24,507 nucleotides of DNA from Candidatus Thorarchaeota archaeon (lineage in GTDB: Archaea; Asgardarchaeota; Thorarchaeia; Thorarchaeales; Thorarchaeaceae), in assembly GCA_003345555.1 (NCBI GenBank), contig PRDJ01000052.1, positions 1 through 24,507 of the forward strand. Reading direction: 5' to 3'. Under the pieces are notes generated by a model. That model saw nothing but the letters and a program-made list of their open reading frames with translations, searched no databases and had not been told where the DNA came from. Below are positions 8,305 through 16,961 of the stretch, piece by piece. How positions within the stretch are numbered: position 1 is the stretch's first letter; the number at the start of each line of letters is the position of its first letter. The position numbers and the translations under genes were made by a program.

Positions 8305-9375
8305 TCACAGCTTCATCTGGGAGAGCACTTCTCTGAGTCTAGGCTCAGCAAGTATCGCATGGTGCAGTTTCGAAAGAAGCTTTGTGATTTCGGCGTAGAT
8401 GACTTGCCGTGCAGGTTCTGTTGCGTGTGTCGCTTCTTGGAGTGCTTCCTCACATCGCTGGTTGATTCTCTTGATAAGTCGTTTCTCTAGCTCAGGTCCT
8501 CCCCATCCAAATCCGTCGAAAGCAGTCTGTGCTTCAGAAATCTTGTCTTCGACGTTTGGCATCTGTCCTCTCAGCAACTCATCTAGCCCTGAGAAGTACT
8601 TGGCCACCGCACGTTCGAGCCTTTCTGTCTCGCTTGCTTCAAGAGTTGTCTCATGGGCTCGTTTGCTGTATAGGTCTTGGAGCAACCTTGCGCCAGGTGC
8701 CTCAGTGAGGAGGGTTTTGATAATCTTGACCATGTATTCAGCAGGCAGCTTGATGGCTTCCTCCATCAATGGCGAATCTGACCGATATCTGTGGAGCTCC
8801 CGGTTAGCCTCAAGCCAAAAGACTGGGAGTAGGACATGGCAGCGTTTAGAGTACTGGTCGATGATCTGTTGGGCTTGGCTAACGAGTCCCCATTGGTCGT
8901 CTTCAATATCGACTCGCTTGTAGACCTCCTTAGCTTTCGCAACGGCCGTCTCATATAGTGGGAGTGTTGGCTGCGTTTCCACTAGGGGAATCGCGGCTTG
9001 GGGATTCGTGGGCATGGCTTGCTGACGGACCGTGGTCTCGTCGAGGAAAGACAGTATTTCCTGCGTCGGATGACGACCCGCTTCAGCCGCCTTGGCTTTC
9101 TCAGACAGTTTGGGAAGGAGGCTCTCCAGCTGGGCGAGCCTTTTAGCTATGAGACCCATCATGTCTGCAGTACTCTTGGGAATGCCCTCCATCGACATCG
9201 TGTCTTCCATCCATTTCCTTGCGCGCAGAAGTCCCTGAGTCAGAGAGTCAACCCTGTCAGGGTCAACGCTTCCCTCGACCTGAGAGGAGAGTATGAAATG
9301 GATGAGTGTAGAATTGAGAGTCTCTATCAAGAGGAGTCTGTCGACAAGTTCGTCCATACGCAGAGGTTCGGTCAA
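8305..9375 (-). CDS. Hypothetical alpha-helical protein (N-terminal helical bundle, P/Q/T-rich linker, C-terminal helical domain)
   Basis: 356-aa ORF with TTG start and GGGGGTG RBS, 16 nt downstream of the tubulin-like gene. No recognisable catalytic motif. Confidence 0.8.
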   Translation of the reverse strand: MTEPLRMDELVDRLLLIETLNSTLIHFILSSQVEGSVDPDRVDSLTQGLLRARKWMEDTMSMEGIPKSTADMMGLIAKRLAQLESLLPKLSEKAKAAEAGRHPTQEILSFLDETTVRQQAMPTNPQAAIPLVETQPTLPLYETAVAKAKEVYKRVDIEDDQWGLVSQAQQIIDQYSKRCHVLLPVFWLEANRELHRYRSDSPLMEEAIKLPAEYMVKIIKTLLTEAPGARLLQDLYSKRAHETTLEASETERLERAVAKYFSGLDELLRGQMPNVEDKISEAQTAFDGFGWGGPELEKRLIKRINQRCEEALQEATHATEPARQVIYAEITKLLSKLHHAILAEPRLREVLSQMKL

Positions 9376-9391
9376 TGTGACACCCCCAATC

Positions 9392-10777
9392 TTACTCTAG
9401 TGTGCCGCCTTCCATGTAGTAGCTGAACAGCTCACGGAAGTCATTGATAGCAGTCACAAGTTCCTTTCTTGTCGTTCCCTTTGATCTCATGAACCAGCTC
9501 TGCTTCAAGGCAGAGGGTCCGCTGTGCAGATTCACAAGTTGGGTTGCTTCGTTAATGAGCTGAACCAGCTCTGGTATCTTGGGTAATCCCAGCAGAAGCA
9601 AGAGCTTCACGATAGGCTCTGGACCCTGGTGCTGAACATAGCATGGTGTAATTGCGGCACCAGGAGCTATGTACTTGTCGAGAGCCTCCTTGATGTGCAT
9701 CCCATACTCTGCCTTCGAAATATGCCTCGGCCCATCGAAGACGTAGTAGACACTCTCGGCGTTCGGGGTGTCTCCGACGTCAGCGTAAGAGCACTGAGTT
9801 ACTGCGTAATCAATCATTGTTCGCAGCTGTCTTGGCATGCTGCCTGCATCGGGAATCAGTCCAATATCATTGTAGAGAGCGGGCACAACGACTGGATCCA
9901 GCTTCCTTGCATAATCGGCGAGATCTGTTGTTGGAAAGACGTCCTTTTCAGGCTCATAGACTCCCGGTGATAGCATTGCTTCAATCACATCAAGCGCGAG
10001 AGGGTTGACGAGTTCCACAAATGCTTGCTCTGTTCGAGTCTCAAGCTCACTGCTTCCGCCATCGACAGTACTCGGAACCATCTGCTCTATTGACTGAACG
10101 TTGGCGACATCGACGTCAAGTTCCTTTGCCAAGTAGTCGACACTGTCTCCCCTTCTCCATTGAAGGATTCTCTTGAGCATGGTTCTATTGCTGAGGAGTA
10201 TTGTAAGATCTGCACCACGTTCCTGTAGCTGAGCTCGAAGAAGTTTCGAGACAGCCCATATCGAGTTGAGAGCTTCACTGGACTGTCCCTCAAATGGCAG
10301 CACACCTATGACGTATACGAAGATTCGTCTTCCCTCTTCTTCCTGAAACTTCTGCTTGAGAAGCTCGATGATGGCCGGCGTACCACCACAACCAGTACCA
10401 CCGCCCAGACTGGTGAATATGCAAAATCCGGAGACTCCTTCGAAGCCCAAGTTTGTGAGCTGGTCGAAGATGATGTCCTTCGATTCCATGACAGCATTAT
10501 AACCGTCCATGAATCGACCACCGACACCGATTTCGCTTTCTCCATAGAGGAGCGTGTGCTCCTTTGGTATTCCGTATTTCTGACGGACCTTTGTGAGATC
10601 TGAGCGGTCCGTATTCAAGAGCAGATATCCACGAACTCGAGAAGGTAACTTCTTGTCTTCGCTAGCTTTCAGGTACGATCCAACTATATTAGAGCCACAT
10701 TCACCAATCCCAATTGCGAACATCTCCGCAGCTTTACCCAATTCCTCGTCTGCGCCTTTTCCCTTGGTCTTCTGCAT
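9392..10777 (-). CDS. Divergent tubulin/FtsZ-superfamily GTPase (CetZ/FtsZ-like, not canonical FtsZ)
   Basis: T1 IGIGECGSNI, T2 NTD, T3 GVGG, T4 signature LGGGTGCGGTP (10405-10382), T5 VLPFEGQ, T6 LSN, H7 LVN and T7 TTDLADY. AGGAG RBS before ATG. Confidence 0.92.
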   Translation of the reverse strand: MQKTKGKGADEELGKAAEMFAIGIGECGSNIVGSYLKASEDKKLPSRVRGYLLLNTDRSDLTKVRQKYGIPKEHTLLYGESEIGVGGRFMDGYNAVMESKDIIFDQLTNLGFEGVSGFCIFTSLGGGTGCGGTPAIIELLKQKFQEEEGRRIFVYVIGVLPFEGQSSEALNSIWAVSKLLRAQLQERGADLTILLSNRTMLKRILQWRRGDSVDYLAKELDVDVANVQSIEQMVPSTVDGGSSELETRTEQAFVELVNPLALDVIEAMLSPGVYEPEKDVFPTTDLADYARKLDPVVVPALYNDIGLIPDAGSMPRQLRTMIDYAVTQCSYADVGDTPNAESVYYVFDGPRHISKAEYGMHIKEALDKYIAPGAAITPCYVQHQGPEPIVKLLLLLGLPKIPELVQLINEATQLVNLHSGPSALKQSWFMRSKGTTRKELVTAINDFRELFSYYMEGGTLE

Positions 10778-10795
10778 TCGCCTATTCTCCTGTAG

Positions 10796-13486
10796 CTATC
10801 CTCTCTTTTCCAACATTGTTGCCACGAGCTCTTTTACAGCCCAAGACAAGTAAGAACTGATATCATCCCTCGAGTAAGTCTCCTTGATCTTCTTGATGGC
10901 CTCCTCAACGAACTTCTGCCGCTGGTCAGAGCTAGCACCAGGGCTGAAACCAGCCATGTACATCTTCAGGCTCTTGTGCCATTCATCCATCTTCTCCGCC
11001 TTCTCAATCCAACCCTTGCGGAGTTCCTTGATCTGGTTGAAAAGCTTCAGAGCGTCGTCAAGCATACGAGCCGACGCCAAGTCTGACTCCATCTTCTTCA
11101 TCTTATCAAGTGGGTAGATGAGGTTACTGAAATCTTTCGGATGTTTTTCATACACTCGTTCGATGGTCGAATAGTACTTGCTGCGTTCTTTGAGAGTTTT
11201 CTCGTACTCCTGACGGTCCTTGTTCGAAATGCTCTTGATCATTGCTATCATTTGTTCCTGAATATTGGCGAGTGTCAGGCAGACTTCGAGTGACTCATAG
11301 ACATGCTTTGGTTGCGATGCGAGCTGGTCCGGAACCTTTTCGATGAGGGCCTTGAGATTGCTGACCGAATCTCCCATGCCCTGCTCTTCGAAGGTTGCGA
11401 TTGCGTTGTTGATTTGAACGTACGCTTCAGAAGCTCGGCTCTTAATCTTCTGCAGAACAACCGGAGAAGTCGTTAGCTTCTGTAATCTGTCAAAGGATTC
11501 GGCCGCTCCCTCAAGTTCCTGAGGGGGTTCGGATCTTAGGTCCGCCAAGATCTGAAGTTCCTTGTCGAGATCCACACCTATGCTTCTGGCCTTACTGAAT
11601 GACGTTTCAAGATCTGTAACCTTGACCATAAGCAGCTCGATGACCTTTGAGGAGATTTTTTGCTCGTAAACCTCAATCATCTTGCGTGCGACCGCAGGTA
11701 AGCTGAAGACGGTCTCTGCAACAACACCAATGTTGTTGAGTTCCGCGATTCCCTCTTGTACCTCTGGAGGAATCTCAACACCCGATCCCATCAGCTTTGC
11801 AGCTGCAAGTCTGATTTTGACACCAAGTCTGTACCTGAGGTTCTCAAGCGCCTCCTTTGCCATAACCAGAATTGTGTCCTTGATGTTCCTCATCTCAGAC
11901 CTGATTTCTGCGAATTCCTTGAGTTTCTGCAGTTTCTGCTTGCCCTCCTCCAGCCTCTCAGTGATTGGCACGAATATCTCCGCGTAGACTGGCTTTATTG
12001 TCTGGAGGTCCTCGATGATTGCTTCTATCTCCTGATTGCAGGCGTCACGGAACGTGGCCACTCCACTGTCCACGGCTTGCTTAAGTTGACCCAAAGCCTG
12101 AAGCAGGTATAACGTGCTTCCGCTTTGCAGTTCTTCGACTTTGGGTGCCTTCTTGCTAAGCTGGGCATAGTCCAGAACACGGTCTGCAGAAGTTGCCAGT
12201 TCATTGAACCGTGCTAGGTACGACCGTATCTTCTCGGTGATGAACTTGCGCTGTTCATCCTCCATCGTCCTAGCTTTCAGATAGATCCTTATCATTGCGT
12301 CAATATCTGCCTTGTCCAATTGAGACCTTGAGTCGGAAAGGAATTGCTTCACGGCTGGCAAGTCTTTGATGCCCGCATCTGCAGGAACCTCAGCTGCCTT
12401 GTCTATTTGTTGTAGAAGATCCTCAGTCCTGTCCTTCAGTGCGATTCTAACCTGGCCTGTCCACTCCGCCATTCTTCCCAGAGACGATAGCAGACTCGAA
12501 ATATCCAGATTCTCAATTCCTGCGACAGGTGCTTGTGGGATTATGTCTGCGGTAGTAGGGATGCCGCCTTCTACAATCTTGGTCGTCACTTCATGCTTTA
12601 TGTTGATTATCCTGTCCCTAAGCATGTTGGCCATTTGAGTCCTGACAGACTGAAGTTGATTATCGAGGCTCATCAAAGTTGTCAGATTAGTTGCCTTGCC
12701 GGCATCTCTTGCGAGGACACGAAGCTTCTGGCTGAAGTCCATGGGCAGCTCGAGACCGAGCTTTGATGCAGTCTCAACAGAAACAGAGAGAGAATCGATG
12801 TCTGAAACAAGGTGGACTGAAAGCATGCGACTAACTTCGTCCTTTCTGCTGTCGAGATAAGTCCGCTCTGCTTTCAGTCTCTCCAAGAGAAGAATCAGAT
12901 TCATGACTGAGAGGCTGGAAATATCGTCGGTGGATGTAGTCGTAGCAACCTCGCCTGTGTCGATACTGACATGCCTCTGGTAAGTCTCTACAGTGCGCTT
13001 GTTTTCGTCGAGTAAGGTCCTGGTCTCTCTAGAGATTTCTTGATGCAAAGCTACAGAGCGCTTGGAGAAGGTCTCGGCAAAGCCATATAGTTTCTGGAAG
13101 TCTTCGGGATTACCAGCTGCAATCGATGGAAAACTCAAGGTGGCAATCGCCTTGGCCTCTTCTGGCTTGATTGCTTGCAGTTTGGGTAGGATCGCTATGA
13201 CATCCCGCTGCTCCTTCTTGAGAAGGTCAGCGAAATCCCTGACAGTCCTCATGAAGTAATCTTGGAGTTCGCTAGCGACTTTCTCAACTTGTGCCTTCAC
13301 TTTACCCTTCTTCAGCATTCCAGCTGTTGCGGCTTCATTCTCGAGCTTGCTAAAGTTGGCAAAGATGTCATAGAGGTGACGCGTTTGCCTTTCTGTCTGC
13401 TCCTCCAGTGAAGGGTTGACTGAAATGAGCATGGCTTTCATTTCTGCGAGCTTGTCGAGCTGTAGACGCCATTGGTGACTATCCAA
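10796..13486 (-). CDS. 896-aa all-alpha helical-repeat / coiled-coil rod protein
   Basis: Long uninterrupted ORF rich in L/E/K/A with heptad-like spacing. No TM segment or NTPase motif. TTG start with GGAGG at 13498-13494. Ends 18 nt before the tubulin-like gene. Confidence 0.85.
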   Translation of the reverse strand: MDSHQWRLQLDKLAEMKAMLISVNPSLEEQTERQTRHLYDIFANFSKLENEAATAGMLKKGKVKAQVEKVASELQDYFMRTVRDFADLLKKEQRDVIAILPKLQAIKPEEAKAIATLSFPSIAAGNPEDFQKLYGFAETFSKRSVALHQEISRETRTLLDENKRTVETYQRHVSIDTGEVATTTSTDDISSLSVMNLILLLERLKAERTYLDSRKDEVSRMLSVHLVSDIDSLSVSVETASKLGLELPMDFSQKLRVLARDAGKATNLTTLMSLDNQLQSVRTQMANMLRDRIINIKHEVTTKIVEGGIPTTADIIPQAPVAGIENLDISSLLSSLGRMAEWTGQVRIALKDRTEDLLQQIDKAAEVPADAGIKDLPAVKQFLSDSRSQLDKADIDAMIRIYLKARTMEDEQRKFITEKIRSYLARFNELATSADRVLDYAQLSKKAPKVEELQSGSTLYLLQALGQLKQAVDSGVATFRDACNQEIEAIIEDLQTIKPVYAEIFVPITERLEEGKQKLQKLKEFAEIRSEMRNIKDTILVMAKEALENLRYRLGVKIRLAAAKLMGSGVEIPPEVQEGIAELNNIGVVAETVFSLPAVARKMIEVYEQKISSKVIELLMVKVTDLETSFSKARSIGVDLDKELQILADLRSEPPQELEGAAESFDRLQKLTTSPVVLQKIKSRASEAYVQINNAIATFEEQGMGDSVSNLKALIEKVPDQLASQPKHVYESLEVCLTLANIQEQMIAMIKSISNKDRQEYEKTLKERSKYYSTIERVYEKHPKDFSNLIYPLDKMKKMESDLASARMLDDALKLFNQIKELRKGWIEKAEKMDEWHKSLKMYMAGFSPGASSDQRQKFVEEAIKKIKETYSRDDISSYLSWAVKELVATMLEKRG

Positions 13487-13529
13487 ATGCCTGCCTCCGT
13501 GTAGTACGGCTGAAAGTCTGGACTCTGTG

Positions 13530-13538
13530 TTTATTAAA
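13530..13538 (-). promoter_or_regulatory. Putative TATA box (TTTAATAAA) of the rod/tubulin-like operon
   Basis: AT-only tract in a GC-richer intergenic region, 44 nt upstream of the TTG start. The spacing fits a short leader that contains the GGAGG RBS. Confidence 0.5.
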
Positions 13539-13729
13539 CCAATGTGGGATTAAACCCCGAGTATTCCAATCTCACTGCCTCATATGTCCGTAATCTCGGA
13601 AAATCAGAACGGCAGGCAAGGGAAGCTTGGCCTCTGCGTTGAGTGAATGGTCTTACTACATTGGGAGCTAAGAGCGACTAGTGATTTGGGTCGAGAAGAT
13701 TGCAGCTTTCATGTAAGTGTTTAGCTCGA

Positions 13730-14365
13730 TTAGCTGGCATCTCCGTCATCGAGGTCCCCATCCTCTTCCTCGGATGCAAGGACTTCGCTTCGGACATACT
13801 CAAGCCACTCTTCACTCTCTTCCTCAAGCATCGGTTCAATCGAGAACGCGTACTCGGCCGCATCCAAAGCGGAATCGTAGTCATCGTTCAGGAAGTGACA
13901 GACTGCATAGTTGTACCATGTTGTTGCCGAGTTTGGATCGAGAAGCAATGCTCTTTCGAAGGCATCCATAGCTTCATCCAACTCCTCGTTGAGCATGAGA
14001 GTTATCCCGAGCAACTGCCAGTCGCGTGCGTTTCTGGGACTGAGCCGCAGGCTTTCTTTTAGTGCCTTGATTCCTTCAAGGTCCTCGTTCAGGAGCAGAT
14101 GGAGGTAGGCTTTGTCCGCCCAAATCCTGCCGGTCCTCGGTGCAAAAACGAGGATATGGTCGAGCGCTTCTATGGCCTTCTTGGGTTGCCTGAGCTCGAG
14201 ATTGCACACCGCAACTTGCTCCCAAGCCTTCACGTTCGTGGGTTCAACAGACAATCCCCGTTCTAAAGTGGCTATTGCGGCATCGAATCTCCGTTTCCGC
14301 ATCAGGGCTGCTGCCCTGTCTAGGAATCGTTCGATTCGTGATGAGATAGTGCTGATTTGAACCAC
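13730..14365 (-). CDS. Tetratricopeptide-repeat (TPR) protein with an acidic C-terminal tail
   Basis: About 5 TPR units (A...LERGLSVEPTNVKAWEQVA, ALRLSPRNARDWQLLG, ALLLDPNSATTWYNYA) and the tail EEEDGDLDDGDAS. Confidence 0.9.
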   Translation of the reverse strand: MVQISTISSRIERFLDRAAALMRKRRFDAAIATLERGLSVEPTNVKAWEQVAVCNLELRQPKKAIEALDHILVFAPRTGRIWADKAYLHLLLNEDLEGIKALKESLRLSPRNARDWQLLGITLMLNEELDEAMDAFERALLLDPNSATTWYNYAVCHFLNDDYDSALDAAEYAFSIEPMLEEESEEWLEYVRSEVLASEEEDGDLDDGDAS

Positions 14366-14538
14366 TTGGTCGCCGTCTCCTCAGGGCGAGGTCACAAAGG
14401 GTGTCTATTCCTCGATTGTCGGGGTCAGGAAATGGAAAGAAAAAGCTTGTTCTGGTAGCAAAAATGTCCGGGTGCATGGACATCCTGTGCGAGCCACGAC
14501 ATCCACCGTCCGGCTGCCTCAGTATGAGCTGAGTGCTG

Positions 14539-16020
14539 TTAAGGTGTCCATCCAGTCATCTCGATTCTGACTATGTGGCTTAACAGAAGAGCTCCCGGCG
14601 TCACAAGTACGAGCGGGTAGCTCGGGGGTAGCAACAGTTCACCGTTGACCCAGCCTGCCACCACTACGACGTTGGTCGTCATGTCACTAAGCAGCTGATC
14701 AGATGTGAATGTGACGTTGTTGCCAAGCGAGTCGTGCAAAGTCACATTATATCCCAAGACCGCAAGTGTGGTGTTGAATTCGTAGTGGGGCGTGTTGTTG
14801 CCACCGTCGAATGATGCGACTATATCCCATAACGTGGCACCCCAGTACACATCTGGCCCGACTGTGATTGCATGACGATGATGCAAACAGGACGCCATAG
14901 AGTAGTAATCGCTGTGAGGCATCCTCCACGATTGCACACCCTGCAGAGTAAGTAACCAGGGCGTAACCTCGTCTATGAGAGTGATGTTTACGACAAGCTT
15001 GGCCCACCAAGAGCCGTCGGTTACGTACCCATCCTTGTTGAGTATGGCCATTCTTAGAGGTCCAGAACCGCTTATCAGAGCAGTCCCGTTTGCTTCGTAA
15101 GCCACGATGAGCGTACAGTTCACTATTCCGACTGAGCTGCCGTCCGTCTTATTGTATCCTAGGAAACGCCCTTCCACATTAGTCCGGTTGAACACGGTCT
15201 CATATGCATCCGAGCCAATCACTCTGAGACTGTAGTTGGCGGGAAGGGTGCCGCTAAGTATCAACAAATCGAGCACTGCGACTCCGGTGTAGTTGGCTAT
15301 ACCTGTGATGTTTCCACTGGATTTTTTGTATCCGCCCCATCCTGAGATTGCAGGCAGGCTCATGAGCTTGCTCATACTGTAGTTTGTCAAGTGGCCTCCG
15401 GCCTTGACCGAGAGGACGATGGGCGGCCTGTTTGTGACTTGGATCATATCTACGTTAGAGACACACTTTGGTCCAGCTGCCCCGGTGTAGAAATCTGACT
15501 CAAACACGCCTGCCCCGTCTGTATTATTGAAGTAGCCATCTAGTGGGAGGAACATGATTCTGAAGCCATCGGTCCAGGTTGGTACCTCTGTACCATTGTA
15601 CGAGAACGCCAAGACCATGTCGCCTTGGAGGCTGTATCCGGTTGAGTTGGGGTAGACGTTTAGATAGCTGAAGGTCTGATTGTAACCATCTGTGGCGTTG
15701 ATGAATACCAGCTGGTTGGTGGCCATGCCGTCGGCAAGCTCGACCAGGTCTGCTATCTTTACTCCCTTATACTCGCCCGATCCGCGAACGTTGCCGTATG
15801 AGTTCTGGAAAGACGCATTCCTCGTGATTACATTCATGTTTTTCATATCACTGAGCGTCACGACGTGAATTGACCCGTCACTGCTAACAACTCGCACGGA
15901 AGGACCTGTGGACGATGTTGGTTGTTGCATCAGAATAAGAACTGCCGTGGCAGTGCCAGCTATCACGATGACGACTGCTAGTACTGCGTAAAGCTTGGTC
16001 TGGCTTGTGCCTGAGCTCAC
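14539..16020 (-). CDS. Membrane-anchored surface glycoprotein with three tandem molybdopterin-oxidoreductase (SUOX/MsrP)-fold-like repeats
   Basis: N-terminal TM/signal (LYAVLAVVIVIAGTATAVLIL). Three repeats of Y.GV.I.DL...DGY/DAY...LA...NG....GP.R....K.V..I. 19 N-x-S/T sequons counted. Confidence 0.7.
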   Translation of the reverse strand: MSSGTSQTKLYAVLAVVIVIAGTATAVLILMQQPTSSTGPSVRVVSSDGSIHVVTLSDMKNMNVITRNASFQNSYGNVRGSGEYKGVKIADLVELADGMATNQLVFINATDGYNQTFSYLNVYPNSTGYSLQGDMVLAFSYNGTEVPTWTDGFRIMFLPLDGYFNNTDGAGVFESDFYTGAAGPKCVSNVDMIQVTNRPPIVLSVKAGGHLTNYSMSKLMSLPAISGWGGYKKSSGNITGIANYTGVAVLDLLILSGTLPANYSLRVIGSDAYETVFNRTNVEGRFLGYNKTDGSSVGIVNCTLIVAYEANGTALISGSGPLRMAILNKDGYVTDGSWWAKLVVNITLIDEVTPWLLTLQGVQSWRMPHSDYYSMASCLHHRHAITVGPDVYWGATLWDIVASFDGGNNTPHYEFNTTLAVLGYNVTLHDSLGNNVTFTSDQLLSDMTTNVVVVAGWVNGELLLPPSYPLVLVTPGALLLSHIVRIEMTGWTP

Positions 16021-16165
16021 TTGAGAGGCAACCCCCGATATGTTCAGGCGTACCAGTCGACTCTGATAAAAGCATTCCGAAAGCGCACTCCTGACAACTG
16101 ATTAGAAGATCGACTATGGACAAACAATAAGTGGTGCACGATGCGGATTTCTTGCGGTGCAATAG

Positions 16166-16480
16166 ATGGTAAGCTATAGCGGCTCGGGTGATTCTGTCAA
16201 AGACCCTATTGTCATCTCTGACGTCAAGACAGACTTCGAAGCTGTCAAAGCCGAATACGCATACTTGGCCAGACGATTCGGGAGGAAGGGTGTAGACTGG
16301 AAGCTCATATTGCAGACGCTGCATAGCTCAGAAGGTAAGCAGATAGACAGCATAGAAGTTGAGCTTTCAGGCGGCAAGCGCTTAACACTGTATTTCGATA
16401 TCACGAAGTACTTCGGAGTTTTCGGTCAGCGCGACGCTGCAAGTCAGAGCCCCAAAGAGAAGAAGGGGCTCTCTCAATAG
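16166..16480 (+). CDS. Small conserved-looking hypothetical protein
   Basis: 104 aa, divergent from the surface protein. The pattern G.S..DPIVI...V.AEY.YL..FG..DW....Q.L....GK..D.IEV...G....YFDIT.YFG resembles a widespread unknown-function family. Confidence 0.7.
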   Translation: MVSYSGSGDSVKDPIVISDVKTDFEAVKAEYAYLARRFGRKGVDWKLILQTLHSSEGKQIDSIEVELSGGKRLTLYFDITKYFGVFGQRDAASQSPKEKKGLSQ

Positions 16481-16514
16481 GGCATAGGAATACTGCTGAA
16501 TATCGGCAGTATCC

Positions 16515-16898
16515 CTAACTCACAGTCGCAATGGCATCTATCTCTATGCCCGAGTCTCTCGGCAGAGCGGCAACTTGTACAGTAGACCTTGCCGGGGGGT
16601 TCTTCGAGAACCATTTGGCGTACTCGGTGTTCATCTCTTGGAAATCCTTCATATCACGCAGGAAGACAGTGGTTTTCACGACTTTGTCAAGTGAAGAGCC
16701 GGATGCTTCAAGGACTGTCTTGAGGTTCTCAAGGATCTGCTTGGCCTGAGCAGTGATTGAGCCCGTAACGGTCTCTCCCGTCTTTGGATTGATTGCCACT
16801 TGTCCTGAGCAGAAGACCAGTCCCTTGACTTTGATGGCTTGAGAATACGGTCCAATTGCTTTTGGCGACTTGTCCGTAAACACGACTTCGCGACTCAT
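16515..16898 (-). CDS. ridA: RidA/YjgF family reactive imine/enamine deaminase
   Basis: PKAIGPYSQA, SGQVAINP, VVKTTVFL.DM.DF..MN..Y, PARSTVQVAALP and IEIDAIA. Catalytic Arg present. Start ATG 16898. Confidence 0.95.
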   Translation of the reverse strand: MSREVVFTDKSPKAIGPYSQAIKVKGLVFCSGQVAINPKTGETVTGSITAQAKQILENLKTVLEASGSSLDKVVKTTVFLRDMKDFQEMNTEYAKWFSKNPPARSTVQVAALPRDSGIEIDAIATVS

Positions 16899-16961
16899 TT
16901 TGCATCGGAGCAGCCTGTGCTCCGCCAAGTCATTAATGTGACGGTCTTCCACCTACGCTGA

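Noticed and set aside
13487-13729. 243-nt intergenic region examined for tRNA, ncRNA or repeats
   Set aside because: No cloverleaf, long stem or direct repeats are visible; it is explained as a promoter plus 3' UTR.
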